Of a DNA stretch of 64,000 nucleotides, positions 50,401 through 64,000 are shown in pieces. The stretch is from Utricularia gibba. Lineage: Eukaryota > Plantae > Magnoliophyta. The number at the start of each line of letters is the position of its first letter. Position 1 is the stretch's first letter. The notes under the pieces were generated by a model, which saw only the letters and a program-made list of their open reading frames with translations, was not told the origin of the DNA and did no database searches. Location of the stretch: assembly GCA_002189035.1 (NCBI GenBank), contig NEEC01000024.1, positions 816,677 through 880,676 of the forward strand, read 5' to 3'. A program made the translations under genes and the position numbers.

Positions 50401-53400
50401 GGTTGTTGAGAAAACCATTTGGGGCGCTCATGACATCCTAACTTCATTAAATGCATCACGATTTTCATCGAGTAAGACCCGATTGGGCTCAGGAGCCAGA
50501 CCAAACCTTGGGCCCTTACAAAGCTGTCAACGACAGCACCCGCCTTAAAACGGCAAGCTGTTGCTTGAAAAACCATGTGGGCAGCCGCCGACAACCCAAC
50601 GTTAATAAATGCATCACTTCTTTTATCGGGCTACAGCTGACTTTGGGCCCGAGCTCGACCCGAATTCCGGGCCGATCTCGGTGACCCACAAAAGCGCCTT
50701 CTCAAGTGTATAGCATGCTGTTGAAAAAAGCATTTGGGGTAATCATGAGATCCTAACTGCAATAAAGGTATCACGATTTTCGTCGAATGGGACCTTATTG
50801 TGCTGTGAAGTCAGACCGAACCTTGGGTCCGGACGAAGTTCCCAACAACAGCACCCGCCAAAAAACGACAACTTTTGCTTCAAAAGCATGTAGGCAGCCG
50901 CCGAAAACCCAACGTTAATAAATGCATCACTTTTTTGGCCGGGCAACAAATGACTATAGGCCAGAGCGCGACTCGACCATTTGCTCGATACTAGTGCCAG
51001 CCTAGAGCACCTCGTCAAATATAAATCAGGTTGTTGAGAAAACCATTTGGGGCGCTCATGACATCCTAACTTCATTAAATGCATCACGATTTTCATCGAG
51101 TAGGACCGATTGGGCTCAGGAGCCAGACCAAACCTTGGGCCCGTACAAAGCTGCCAACGACAGCACCCGCCTTAAAACGGCAAGCTGTTGCTTGAAAAAC
51201 CATTTAGGCAGCCGCCGAAAACCCAACGTTGATAAATGCATGACTTATTTTCCGGGCTACAACTGACTATGGGCGTGAGCCCGACCCGACCTCTGGCCCA
51301 ATCCCTAAACCCCCGAGAGCGCCTTCTCAAATATAAAGTAGAGTGTGGAGAAAACCCATTGGGGTTCTCATGACATCCTAACAAAAGCAAATGCATCACG
51401 ATTTTCATCGAGTAGGACCCGATTGGGCTCAGGAGCCAGACCGAACCTTGGGCACTTACAAAGCTGCCAACGACAGCACCCGCCTTAAAACGGCAAGCTG
51501 TTGCTTTAAAAACCATGTGGGCAGCCGCCGACAAGCCAACGTTAATAAATGCATCACTTCTTTTGACGGGCTACAGCTGACTTTGTCCCCAAGCCCGACC
51601 TGAATTCCGGCCCGATCTCGGTGACCCACAAAAGCGCCTTCTCAAGTTTAAAGCATGCTGTTGAAAAAAGCATTTGGGGCGGTCATGAGATCCTAACTTC
51701 AATAAAGGTATCACGATTTTCGTCGAATGGGACCTTATTGTGCTGTGAAGTCAGACCGAACCTTGGGTCCGGACGAAGTTCCCAACAGCACCCGCCAAAA
51801 AACGACAACTTTTGCTTCAAAAAGCATGTAGGCAGCCGCCGAAAACCCAACGTTAATAAATGCATCGCTTTTTTGACCAGGCTACAAATGACTATGGGCC
51901 AGAGCGCGACTCGACCATTTGCTCGATACTAGTGCCAGCCTAGAGCACCTCGTCAAATAAAAATCAGGTTGTTGAGAAAACCATTTGGGGCGCTCATGAC
52001 ATCCTAACTTCATTAAATGCATCACGATTTTCATCGAGTAGGACCCGATTGGGCTCAGGAGCCAGACCAAACCTTGGGCCCTTACAAAGCTGTCAACGAC
52101 AGCACCCGCCTTAAAACGGCAAGCTGTTGCTTGAAAAACCATGTGGGCAGCCGCCGACAACCCAACGTTAATAAATGCATCACTTTTTTATCGGGCTACA
52201 GCTGACTTTGGGCCGAGCTCGACCCGAATTCCGGGCCGATCTCGGTGACCCACAAAAGCGCCTTCTCAAGTGTATAGCATGCTGTTGAAAAAAGCATTTG
52301 GGGTAATCATGAGATCCTAACTGCAATAAAGGTATCACGATTTTCGTCGAATGGGACCTTATTGTGCTGTGAAGTCAGACCGAACCTTGGGTCCGGACGA
52401 AGTTCCCAACAACAGCACCCGCCAAAAAACGACAACTTTTGCTTCAAAAAGCATGTAGGCAGCCGCCGAAAACCCAACGTTAATAAATGCATCACTTTTT
52501 TGGCCGGGCTACAAATGACTATGGCCAGAGCGCGACTCGACCATTTGCTCGATACTAGTGCCAGCCTAGAGCACCTCGTCAAATATAAATCAGGTTGTTG
52601 AGAAAACCATTTGGGGCGCTCATGACATCCTAACTTCATTAAATGCATCACGATTTTCATCGAGTAGGACCCGATTGGGCTCAGGAGCCAGACCAAACCT
52701 TGGGCCCTACAAAGCTGCCAACGACAGCACCCGCCTTAAAACGGCAAGCTGTTGCTTGAAAAACCATTTAGGCAGCCGCCGAAAACCCAACGTTGATAAA
52801 TGCATGACTTATTTTCCGGGCTACAACTGACTATGGGCGTGAGCCCGACCCGACCTCTGGCCCAATCCCTAAACCCCCCGAGAGCGCCTTCTCAAATATA
52901 AAGTAGAGTGTGGAGAAAACCCATTGGGGTTCTCATGACATCTAACAAAAGCAAATGCATCACGATTTTCATCGAGTAGGACCCGATTGGGCTCAGGAGC
53001 CAGACCGAACCTTGGGCCTTACAAAGCTGCCAACGACAGCACCCGCCTTAAAACGGCAAGCTGTTGCTTGAAAAACCATGTGGGCAGCCGCCGACAAGCC
53101 AACGTTAATAAATGCATCACTTCTTTTGACGGGCTACAGCTGACTTTGTCCCCCAAGCCCGACCTGAATTCCGGCCCGATCTCGGTGACCCACAAAAGCG
53201 CCTTCTCAAGTTTAAAGCATGCTGTTGAAAAAAGCATTTGGGGCGGTCATGAGATCCTAACTTCAATAAAGGTATCACGATTTTCGTCGAATGGGACCTT
53301 ATTGTGCTGTGAAGTCAGACGAACCTTGGGTCCGGACGAAGTTCCCAACAACAGCACCCGCCAAAAAACGACAACTTTTCCTTGAAAAAAGCATGTAGGC

Positions 53401-56400
53401 AGCCGCCGAAAACCCAACGTTAATAAATGCATCACTTTTTTGGCCGGGCTACAAATGACTATGGGCCAGAGCGCGACTCGACCATTTGCTCGATACTAGT
53501 GCCAGCCTAGAGCACCTCGTCAAATATAAATCAGGTTGTTGAGAAAAATTTGGGGCGCTCATGACATCCTAACTTCATTAAATGCATCACGATTTTCATC
53601 GAGTAGGACCCGATTGGGCTCAGGAGCCAGACCAAACCTTGGGCCCTTACAAAGCTGTCAACGACAGCACCCGCCTTAAAACGGCAAGCTGTTGCTTGAA
53701 AAACCATGTGGGCAGCCGCCGACAACCCAACGTTAATAAATGCATCACTTCTTTTATCGGGCTACAGCTGACTTTGGGCCCGAGCTCGACCCGAATTCCG
53801 GGCCGATCTCGGTGACCCACAAAAGCGCCTTCTCAAGTGTATAGCATGCTGTTGAAAAAGCATTTGGGGTAATCATGAGATCCTAACTGCAATAAAGGTA
53901 TCACGATTTTCGTCGAATGGGACCTTATTGTGCTGTGAAGTCAGACCGAACCTTGGGTCCGGACGAAGTTCCAACAACAGCACCGCCAAAAAACGACAAC
54001 TTTTGCTTCAAAAAGCATGTAGGCAGCCGCCGAAAACCCAACGTTAATAAATGCATCACTTTTTTGGCCGGGCTACAAATGACTATGGCCAGAGCGCGAC
54101 TCGACCATTTGCTCGATACTAGTGCCAGCCTAGAGCACCTCGTCAAATATAAATCAGGTTGTTGAGAAAACCATTTGGGGCGCTCATGACATCCTAACTT
54201 CATTAAATGCATCACGATTTTCATCGAGTAGGACCCGATTGGGCTCAGGAGCCAGACCAAACCTTGGGCCTTACAAAGCTGCCAACGACAGCACCGCCTT
54301 AAAACGGCAAGCTGTTGCTTGAAAAACCATTTAGGCAGCCGCCGAAAACCCAACGTTGATAAATGCATGACTTATTTTCCGGGCTACAACTGACTATGGG
54401 CGTGAGCCCGACCCGACCTCTGGCCCAATCCCTAAACCCCCGAGAGCGCCTTCTCAAATATAAAGTAGAGTGTGGAGAAAACCCATTGGGGTTCTCATGA
54501 CATCCTAACAAAAGCAAATGCATCACGATTTTCATCGAGTAGGACCCGATTGGGCTCAGGAGCCAGACCGAACCTTGGGCCCTTACAAAGCTGCCAACGA
54601 CAGCACCCGCCTTAAAACGGCAAGCTGTTGCTTTAAAAACCATGTGGGCAGCCGCCGACAACCAACGTTAATAAATGCATCACTTCTTTTGACGGGCTAC
54701 AGCTGACTTTGTCCCCAAGCCCGACCTGAATTCCGGCCCGATCTCGGTGACCACAAAAGCGCCTTCTCAAGTTTAAAGCATGCTGTTGAAAAAGCATTTG
54801 GGCGGTCATGAGATCCTAACTTCAATAAAGGTATCACGATTTTCGTCGAATGGGACCTTATTGTGCTGTGAAGTCAGACCGAACCTTGGGTCCGGACGAA
54901 GTTCCCAACAACAGCACCCGCCAAAAAACGACAACTTTTGCTTCAAAAAGCATGTAGGCAGCCGCCGAAAACCCAACGTTAATAAATGCATCGCTTTTTT
55001 GACCGGCTACAAATGACTATGGGCCAGAGCGCGACTCGACCATTTGCTCGATACTAGTGCCAGCCTAGAGCACCTCGTCAAATATAAATCAGGTTGTTGA
55101 GAAAACCATTTGGGGCGCTCATGACATCCTAACTTCATTAAATGCATCACGATTTTCATCGAGTAGGACCCGATTGGGCTCAGGAGCCAGACCAAACCTT
55201 GGGCCCTTACAAAGCTGCAACGACAGCACCCGCCTTAAAACGGCAAGCTGTTGCTTGAAAAACCATGTGGGCAGCCGCCGACAACCCAACGTTAATAAAT
55301 GCATCACTTCTTTTATCGGGCTACAGCTGACTTTGGGCCCGAGCTCGACCCGAATTCCGGGCCGATCTCGGTGACCCACAAAAGCGCCTTCTCAAGTGTA
55401 TAGCATGCTGTTGAAAAAAGCATTTGGGGTAATCATGAGATCCTAACTGCAATAAAGGTATCACGATTTTCGTCGAATGGGACCTTATTGTGCTGTGAAG
55501 TCAGACCGAACCTTGGGTCCGGACGAAGTTCCCAACAACAGCACCGCCAAAAAACGACAACTTTTGCTTCAAAAAGCATGTAGGCAGCCGCCGAAAACCC
55601 AACGTTAATAAATGCATCACTTTTTTGGCCGGGCTACAAATGACTATGGCCAGAGCGCGACTCGACCATTTGCTCGATACTAGTGCCAGCCTAGAGCACC
55701 TCGTCAAATATAAATCAGGTTGTTGAGAAAACCATTTGGGGCGCTCATGACATCCTAACTTCATTAAATGCATCACGATTTTCATCGAGTAGGACCCGAT
55801 TGGGCTCAGGAGCCAGACCAAACCTTGGGCCCTTACAAAGCTGCAACGACAGCACCCGCCTTAAAACGGCAAGCTGTTGCTTGAAAAACCATTTAGGCAG
55901 CCGCCGAAAACCCAACGTTGATAAATGCATGACTTATTTTCCGGGCTACAACTGACTATGGGCGTGAGCCCGACCCGACCTCTGGCCCAATCCCAAACCC
56001 CCCGAGAGCGCCTTCTCAAATATAAAGTAGAGTGTGGAGAAAACCCATTGGGGTTCTCATGACATCCTAACAAAAGCAAATGCATCACGATTTTCATCGA
56101 GTAGGACCCGATTGGGCTCAGGAGCCAGACCGAACCTTGGGCCCTTACAAAGCTGCCAACGACAGCACCCGCCTTAAAACGGCAAGCTGTTGCTTGAAAA
56201 ACCATGTGGGCAGCCGCCGACAACCAACGTTAATAAATGCATCACTTCTTTTGACGGGCTACAGCTGACTTTGTCCCAAGCCGACCTGAATTCCGGCCCG
56301 ATCTCGGTGACCCACAAAAGCGCCTTCTCAAGTTTAAAGCATGCTGTTGAAAAAAGCATTTGGGGCGGTCATGAGATCCTAACTTCAATAAAGGTATCAC

Positions 56401-59400
56401 GATTTTCGTCGAATGGGACCTTATTGTGCTGTGAAGTCAGACCGAACCTTGGGTCCGGACGAAGTTCCCAACAACAGCACCCCAAAAACGACAACTTTTG
56501 CTTCAAAAAGCATGTAGGCAGCCGCCGAAAACCCAACGTTAATAAATGCATCACTTTTTTGGCCGGCTACAAATGACTATGGGCCAGAGCGCGACTCGAC
56601 CATTTGCTCGATACTAGTGCCAGCCTAGAGCACCTCGTCAAATATAAATCAGGTTGTTGAGAAAACCATTTGGGGCGCTCATGACATCCTAACTTCATTA
56701 AATGCATCACGATTTTCATCGAGTAGGACCCGATTGGGCTCAGGAGCCAGACCAAACCTTGGGCCCTTACAAAGCTGCCAACGACAGCACCCGCCTTAAA
56801 ACGGCAAGCTGTTGCTTGAAAAACCATTTAGGCAGCCGCCGAAAACCCAACGTTGATAAATGCATGACTTATTTTCCGGGCTACAACTGACTATGGGCGT
56901 GAGCCCGACCCGACCTCTGGCCCAATCCCAAAGCGCCTTCTCAAATATAAAGTAGAGTGTGGAGAAAACCCATTGGGTTCTCATGACATCCTAACAAAAG
57001 CTGCATCACGATTTTCATCGAGTAGGACCCGATTATTGGGCCCTTACAAAGCTGCCAACGACAGCACCCGCCTTAAAACGGCAAGCTGTTGCTTAAAAAC
57101 CATGTGGGCAGCCGCCGACAACCAACGTTAATAAATGCATCACTTCTTTTGACGGGCTACAGCTGACTAAGCCCGACCGAATTCCGGCCCGATCTCGGTG
57201 ACCCACAAAAGCGCCTTCTCAAGTTTAAAGCATGCTGTTGAAAAAAGCATTTGGGGCGGTCATGAGATCCTAACTTCAATAAAGGTATCACGATTTTCGT
57301 CGAATGGGACCTTATTGTGCTGTGAAGTCAGACCGAACCTTGGGTCCGGACGAAGTTCCCAACAACAGCACCCGCCAAAAAACGACAACTTTTGCTTCAA
57401 AAAGCATGTAGGCAGCCGCCGAAAACCCAACGTTAATAAATGCATCGCTTTTTTGACCGGCTACAAATGACTATGGGCCAGAGCGCGACTCGACCATTTG
57501 CTCGATACTAGTGCCAGCCTAGAGCACCTCGTCAAATATAAATCAGGTTGTTGAGAAAACCATTTGGGGCGCTCATGACATCCTAACTTCATTAAATGCA
57601 TCACGATTTTCATCGAGTAGGACCCGATTGGGCTCAGGAGCCAGACCAAACCTTGGGCCCTTACAAAGCTGCCAACGACAGCACCCGCCTTAAAACGGCA
57701 AGCTGTTGCTTGAAAAACCATGTGGGCAGCCGCCGACAACCCAACGTTAATAAATGCATCACTTCTTTTATCGGGCTACAGCTGACTTTGGGCCCGAGCT
57801 CGACCCGAATTCCGGGCCGATCTCGGTGACCCACAAAAGCGCCTTCTCAAGTGTTAGCATGCTGTTGAAAAAAGCATTTGGGGTAATCATGAGATCCTAA
57901 CTGCAATAAAGGTATCACGATTTTCGTCGAATGGGACCTTATTGTGCTGTGAAGTCAGACCGAACCTTGGGTCCGGACGAAGTTCCCAACAACAGCACCC
58001 GCCAAAAAACGACAACTTTTGCCTCAAAAAGCATGTAGGCAGCCGCCGAAAACCCAACGTTAATAAATGCATCACTTTTTTGGCCGGGCTACAAATGACT
58101 ATGGGCCAGAGCGCGACTCGACCATTTGCTCGATACTAGTGCCAGCCTAGAGCACCTCGTCAAATATAAATCAGGTTGTTGAGAAAACCATTTGGGGCGC
58201 TCATGACATCCTAACTTCATTAAATGCATCACGATTTTCATCGAGTAGGACCCGATTGGGCTCAGGAGCCAGACCAAACCTTGGGCCCTACAAAGCTGCC
58301 AACGACAGCACCCGCCTTAAAACGGCAAGCTGTTGCTTGAAAAACCATTTAGGCAGCCGCCGAAAACCCAACGTTGATAAATGCATGACTTATTTTCCGG
58401 GCTACAACTGACTATGGGCGTGAGCCCGACCCGACCTCTGGCCCAATCGAGAGCGCCTTCTCAAATATAAAGTAGAGTGTGGAGAAAACCCATTGGGGTT
58501 CTCATGACATCCTAACAAAAGCAAATGCATCACGATTTTCATCGAGTAGTTGGGCTCAGGAGCCAGACCGAACCTTGGGCCCTTACAAAGCTGCCAACGA
58601 CAGCACCCGCCTTAAAACGGCAAGCTGTTGCTTGAAAAACCATGTGGGCAGCCGCCGACAACCAACGTTAATAAATGCATCACTTCTTTGACGGGCTACA
58701 GCTGACTTTGTCCCAAGCCGACCTGAATTCCGGCCCGATCTCGGTGACCCACAAAAGCGCCTTCTCAAGTTTAAAGCATGCTGTTGAAAAAAGCATTTGG
58801 GGCGGTCATGAGATCCTAACTTCAATAAAGGTATCACGATTTTCGTCGAATGGGACCTTATTGTGCTGTGAAGTCAGACCGAACCTTGGGTCCGGACGAA
58901 GTTCCCAACAACAGCACCCCAAAAAACGACAACTTTTCTAAAAAGCATGTAGGCAGCCGCCGAAAACCCAACGTTAATAAATGCATCACTTTTTGACCGG
59001 CTACAAATGACTATGGGCCAGAGCGCGACTCGACCATTTGCTCGATACTAGTGCCAGCCTAGAGCACCTCGTCAAATATAAATCAGGTTGTTGAGAAAAC
59101 CATTTGGGGCGCTCATGACATCCTAACTTCATTAAATGCATCACGATTTTCATCGAGTAGGACCCGATTGGGCTCAGGAGCCAGACCAAACCTTGGGCCC
59201 TTACAAAGCTGTCAACGACAGCACCCGCCTTAAAACGGCAAGCTGTTGCTTGAAAAACCATGTGGGCAGCCGCCGACAACCCAACGTTAATAAATGCATC
59301 ACTTCTTTTATCGGGCTACAGCTGACTTTGGGCCCGAGCTCGACCCGAATTCCGGCCGATCTCGGTGACCCACAAAAGCGCCTTCTCAAGTGTATAGCAT

Positions 59401-62400
59401 GCTGTTGAAAAAAGCATTTGGGGTAATCATGAGATCCTAACAGCAATAAAGGTATCACGATTTTCGTCGAATGGGACCTTATTGTGCTGTGAAGTCAGAC
59501 CGAACCTTGGGTCCGGACGAAGTTCCCAACAACAGCACCCGCCAAAAAACGACAACTTTTGCCTTGAAAAAGCATGTAGGCAGCCGCCGAAAACCCAACG
59601 TTAATAAATGCATCACTTTTTGGCCGGGCTACAAATGACTATGGGCCAGAGCGCGACTCGACCATTTGCTCGATACTAGTGCCAGCCTAGAGCACCTCGT
59701 CAAATATAAATCAGGTTGTTGAGAAAACCATTTGGGGCGCTCATGACATCCTAACTTCATTAAATGCATCACGATTTTCATCGAGTAGGACCCGATTGGG
59801 CTGGAGCCAGACCAAACCTTGGGCCCTACAAAGCTGCCAACGACAGCACCCGCCTTAAAACGGCAAGCTGTTGCTTGAAAAACCATTTAGGCAGCCGCCG
59901 AAAACCCAACGTTGATAAATGCATGACTTATTTTCCGGGCTACAACTGACTATGGGCGTGAGCCCGACCCGACCTCTGGCCCAATCCCCCCCCGAGAGCG
60001 CCTTCTCAAATATAAAGTAGAGTGTGGAGAAAACCCATTGGGTTCTCATGACATCCTAACAAAGCAAATGCATCACGATTTATCGAGTAGGACCCGATTG
60101 GCTCAGGAGCTTGTTACAAAGCTGCCAACGACAGCACCCGCCTTAAAACGGCAAGCTGTTGCTTAAAAGTGGGCAGCCGCCGACAACCAACGTTAATAAA
60201 TGCATCACTTCTTTTGACGGGCTACAGCTGACTTTGTCCCAAGCCCGACCTGAATTCCGGCCCGATCTCGGTGACCACAAAAGCGCCTTCTCAAGTTTAA
60301 GCATGCTGTTGAAAAAAGCATTTGGGGCGGTCATGAGATCCTAACTTCAATAAAGGTATCACGATTTTCGTCGAATGGGACCTTATTGTGCTGTGAAGTC
60401 AGACCGAACCTTGGGTCCGGACGAAGTTCCCAACAACAGCACCCGCCAAAAAACGACAACTTTTGCTTCAAAAAGCATGTAGGCAGCCGCCGAAAACCCA
60501 ACGTTAATAAATGCATCTTTTTTGGCCGGGCTACAAATGACTATGGGCCAGAGCGCGACTCGACCATTTGCTCGATACTAGTGCCAGCCTAGAGCACCTC
60601 GTCAAATATAAATCAGGTTGTTGAGAAAACCATTTGGGGCGCTCATGACATCCTAACTTCATTAAATGCATCACGATTTTCATCGAGTAGGACCCGATTG
60701 GGCTCAGGAGCCAGACCAAACCTTGGGCCCTTACAAAGCTGCCAACGACAGCACCCGCCTTAAAACGGCAAGCTGTTGCTTGAAAAACCATGTGGGCAGC
60801 CGCCGACAACCCAACGTTAATAAATGCATCACTTCTTTTTCGGGCTACAGCTGACTTTGGGCCCGAGCTCGACCCGAATTCCGGCCGATCTCGGTGACCC
60901 ACAAAAGCGCCTTCTCAAGTGTATAGCATGCTGTTGAAAAAAGCATTTGGGGTAATCATGAGATCCTAACAGCAATAAAGGTATCACGATTTTCGTCGAA
61001 TGGGACCTTATTGTGCTGTGAAGTCAGACCGAACCTTGGGTCCGGACGAAGTTCCCAACAACAGCACCCGCCAAAAAACGACAACTTTTCCTTGAAAAAG
61101 CATGTAGGCAGCCGCCGAAAACCCAACGTTAATAAATGCATCACTTTTTTGGCCGGGCTACAAATGACTATGGGCCAGAGCGCGACTCGACCATTTGCTC
61201 GATACTAGTGCCAGCCTAGAGCACCTCGTCAAATATAAATCAGGTTGTTGAGAAAACCATTTGGGGCGCTCATGACATCCTAACTTCATTAAATGCATCA
61301 CGATTTTCATCGAGTAGGACCCGATTGGGCTCAGGAGCCAGACCAAACCTTGGGCCCTACAAAGCTGCCAACGACAGCACCCGCCTTAAAACGGCAAGCT
61401 GTTGCTTGAAAAACCATTTAGGCAGCCGCCGAAAACCCAACGTTGATAAATGCATGACTTATTTTCCGGGCTACAACTGACTATGGGCGTGAGCCCGACC
61501 CGACCTCTGGCCCATCCCAAACCCCCGAGAGCGCCTTCTCAAATATAATAGAGTGTGGAGAAAACCCATTGGGGTTCTCATGACATCCTAACAAAAGCAA
61601 ATGCATCACGATTTTCATCGAGTAGGACCCGATTGGGCTCAGGAGCCAGACCGAACCTTGGGCCCTTACAAAGCTGCCAACGACAGCACCCGCCTTAAAA
61701 CGGCAAGCTGTTGCTTGAAAAACCATGTGGGCAGCCGCCGACAACCCAACGTTAATAAATGCATCACTTCTTTTGACGGGCTACAGCTGACTTTGGCCCC
61801 AAGCCGACCCGAATTCCGGCCCGATCTCGGTGACCCACAAAAGCGCCTTCTCAAGTTAAAGCATGCTGTTGAAAAAAGCATTTGGGGCGGTCATGAGATC
61901 CTAACTTCAATAAAGGTATCACGATTTTCGTCGAATGGGACCTTATTGTGCTGTGAAGTCAGACCGAACCTTGGGTCCGGACGAAGTTCCCAACAACAGC
62001 ACCCGCCAAAAAACGACAACTTTTGCTTCAAAAAGCATGTAGGCAGCCGCCGAAAACCCAACGTTAATAAATGCATCACTTTTTTGGCCGGGCTACAAAT
62101 GACTATGGGCCAGAGCGCGACTCGACCATTTGCTCGATACTAGTGCCAGCCTAGAGCACCTCGTCAAATATAAATCAGGTTGTTGAGAAAACCATTTGGG
62201 GCGCTCATGACATCCTAACTTCATTAAATGCATCACGATTTTCATCGAGTAGGACCCGATTGGGCTCAGGAGCCAGACCAAACCTTGGGCCCTTACAAAG
62301 CTGCAACGACAGCACCCGCCTTAAAACGGCAAGCTGTTGCTTGAAAAACCATGTGGGCAGCCCGACAACCCAACGTTAATAAATGCATCACTTCTTTTAT

Positions 62401-64000
62401 CGGGCTACAGCTGACTTTGGGCCCGAGCTCGACCCGAATTCCGGGCCGATCTCGGTGACCCACAAAAGCGCCTTCTCAAGTGTATAGCATGCTGTTGAAA
62501 AAAGCATTTGGGGTAATCATGAGATCCTAACAGCAATAAAGGTATCACGATTTTCGTCGAATGGGACCTTATTGTGCTGTGAAGTCAGACCGAACCTTGG
62601 GTCCGGACGAAGTTCCCAACAACAGCACCCGCCAAAAAACGACAACTTTTGCCTCAAAAAGCATGTAGGCAGCCGCCGAAAACCCAACGTTAATAAATGC
62701 ATCACTTTTTTGGCCGGGCTACAAATGACTATGGGCCAGAGCGCGACTCGACCATTTGCTCGATACTAGTGCCAGCCTAGAGCACCTCGTCAAATATAAA
62801 TCAGGTTGTTGAGAAAACCATTTGGGCGCTCATGACATCCTAACTTCATTAAATGCATCACGATTTTCATCGAGTAGGACCCGATTGGGCTCAGGAGCCA
62901 GACCAAACCTTGGGCCCTACAAAGCTGCCAACGACAGCACCCGCCTTAAAACGGCAAGCTGTTGCTTGAAAAACCATTTAGGCAGCCGCCGAAAACCCAA
63001 CGTTGATAAATGCATGACTTATTTTCCGGGCTACAACTGACTATGGGCGTGAGCCCGACCCGACCTCTGGCCCAATCCCTAAAACCCGAGAGCGCCTTCT
63101 CAAATATAAAGTAGAGTGTGGAGAAAACCCATTGGGGTTCTCATGACATCCTAACAAAAGCAAATGCATCACGATTTTCATCGAGTAGGACCCGATTGGG
63201 CTCAGGAGCCAGACCGAACCTTGGGCCCTTACAAAGCTGCCAACGACAGCACCCGCCTTAAAACGGCAAGCTGTTGCTTGAAAAACCATGTGGGCAGCCG
63301 CCGACAACCAACGTTAATAAATGCATCACTTCTTTTGACGGGCTACAGCTGACTTTGTCCCCCAAGCCCGACCTGAATTCCGGCCCGATCTCGGTGACCC
63401 ACAAAAGCGCCTTCTCAAGTTTAAAGCATGCTGTTGAAAAAAGCATTTGGGGCGGTCATGAGATCCTAACTTCAATAAAGGTATCACGATTTTCGTCGAA
63501 TGGGACCTTATTGTGCTGTGAAGTCAGACCGAACCTTGGGTCCGGACGAAGTTCCCAACAACAGCACCCGCCAAAAAACGACAACTTTTCTTCAAAAAGC
63601 ATGTAGGCAGCCGCCGAAAACCCAACGTTAATAAATGCATCGCTTTTTTGACCAGGCTACAAATGACTATGGGCCAGAGCGCGACTCGACCATTTGCTCG
63701 ATACTAGTGCCAGCTAGAGCACCTCGTCAAATATAAATCAGGTTGTTGAGAAAACCATTTGGGGCGCTCATGACATCCTAACTTCATTAAATGCATCACG
63801 ATTTTCATCGAGTAGGACCCGATTGGGCTCAGGAGCCAGACCAAACCTTGGGCCCTTACAAAGCTGTCAACGACAGCACCCGCCTTAAAACGGCAAGCTG
63901 TTGCTTGAAAAACCATGTGGGCAGCCGCCGACAACCCAACGTTAATAAATGCATCACTTCTTTTATCGGGCTACAGCTGACTTTGGGCCCGAGCTCGACC
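44468..64000. repeat. Tandem satellite: about 314-bp monomer (dimer of about 157 bp) in a 5-monomer higher-order repeat of about 1.57 kb; continues past the window
   Basis: The anchor CATGA(G/C)ATCCTAAC recurs every 312-316 bp. HOR starts at 45410, 46977, 48545, 50116, 51684, 53248, 54807, 56370, 57261, 58807, 60332, 61892 and 63457. About 62 monomers in the window. Confidence 0.98.

Noticed and set aside
44468-64000. Dozens of recurring 60-180 aa ORFs in the ORF track
   Set aside because: They recur with the satellite period on both strands, vary by frameshift between copies and show no protein motifs. They are by-products of the repeat.
44468-64000. CRISPR-like or rDNA-like array
   Set aside because: There are no unique spacers and no 5S or 45S rRNA sequence was recognised. 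The context is a plant nuclear genome.

Overview
Plant nuclear DNA that looks like a pericentromere-to-satellite boundary. 1-16.6 kb is a nest of Ty3/gypsy (Athila-like) remnants, solo LTRs with intact 5-bp TSDs, and a decayed PIF/Harbinger element. 19.5-33.1 kb is a small gene island (PPCDC/HAL3, a Der/EngA double GTPase, a choline/ethanolamine kinase) with a hAT MITE, a copia remnant and nested solo LTRs. 33.8-40.2 kb is a complete 6.47-kb PIF/Harbinger element (23-bp TIRs, TTA TSD). Between its transposase and Myb/SANT genes it carries an extra intron-containing cargo: a gypsy-type Transposase_28-like domain followed by an FCP1/NIF-type HAD phosphatase domain, plus a cluster of AGCACCGC motifs. 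This is the most unusual system in the window, although this copy is decayed. 41-44.5 kb holds an inositol 5-phosphatase pseudogene, an Athila 5' LTR with PBS and a MuDR transposase remnant. 44.47-64 kb is a hierarchical satellite (about 157 bp to 314 bp to a 1.57-kb higher-order repeat). Single-base losses in homopolymers suggest long-read consensus errors, so individual frameshifts need caution. Family assignments rest on my recognition of motifs; no database searches were run.
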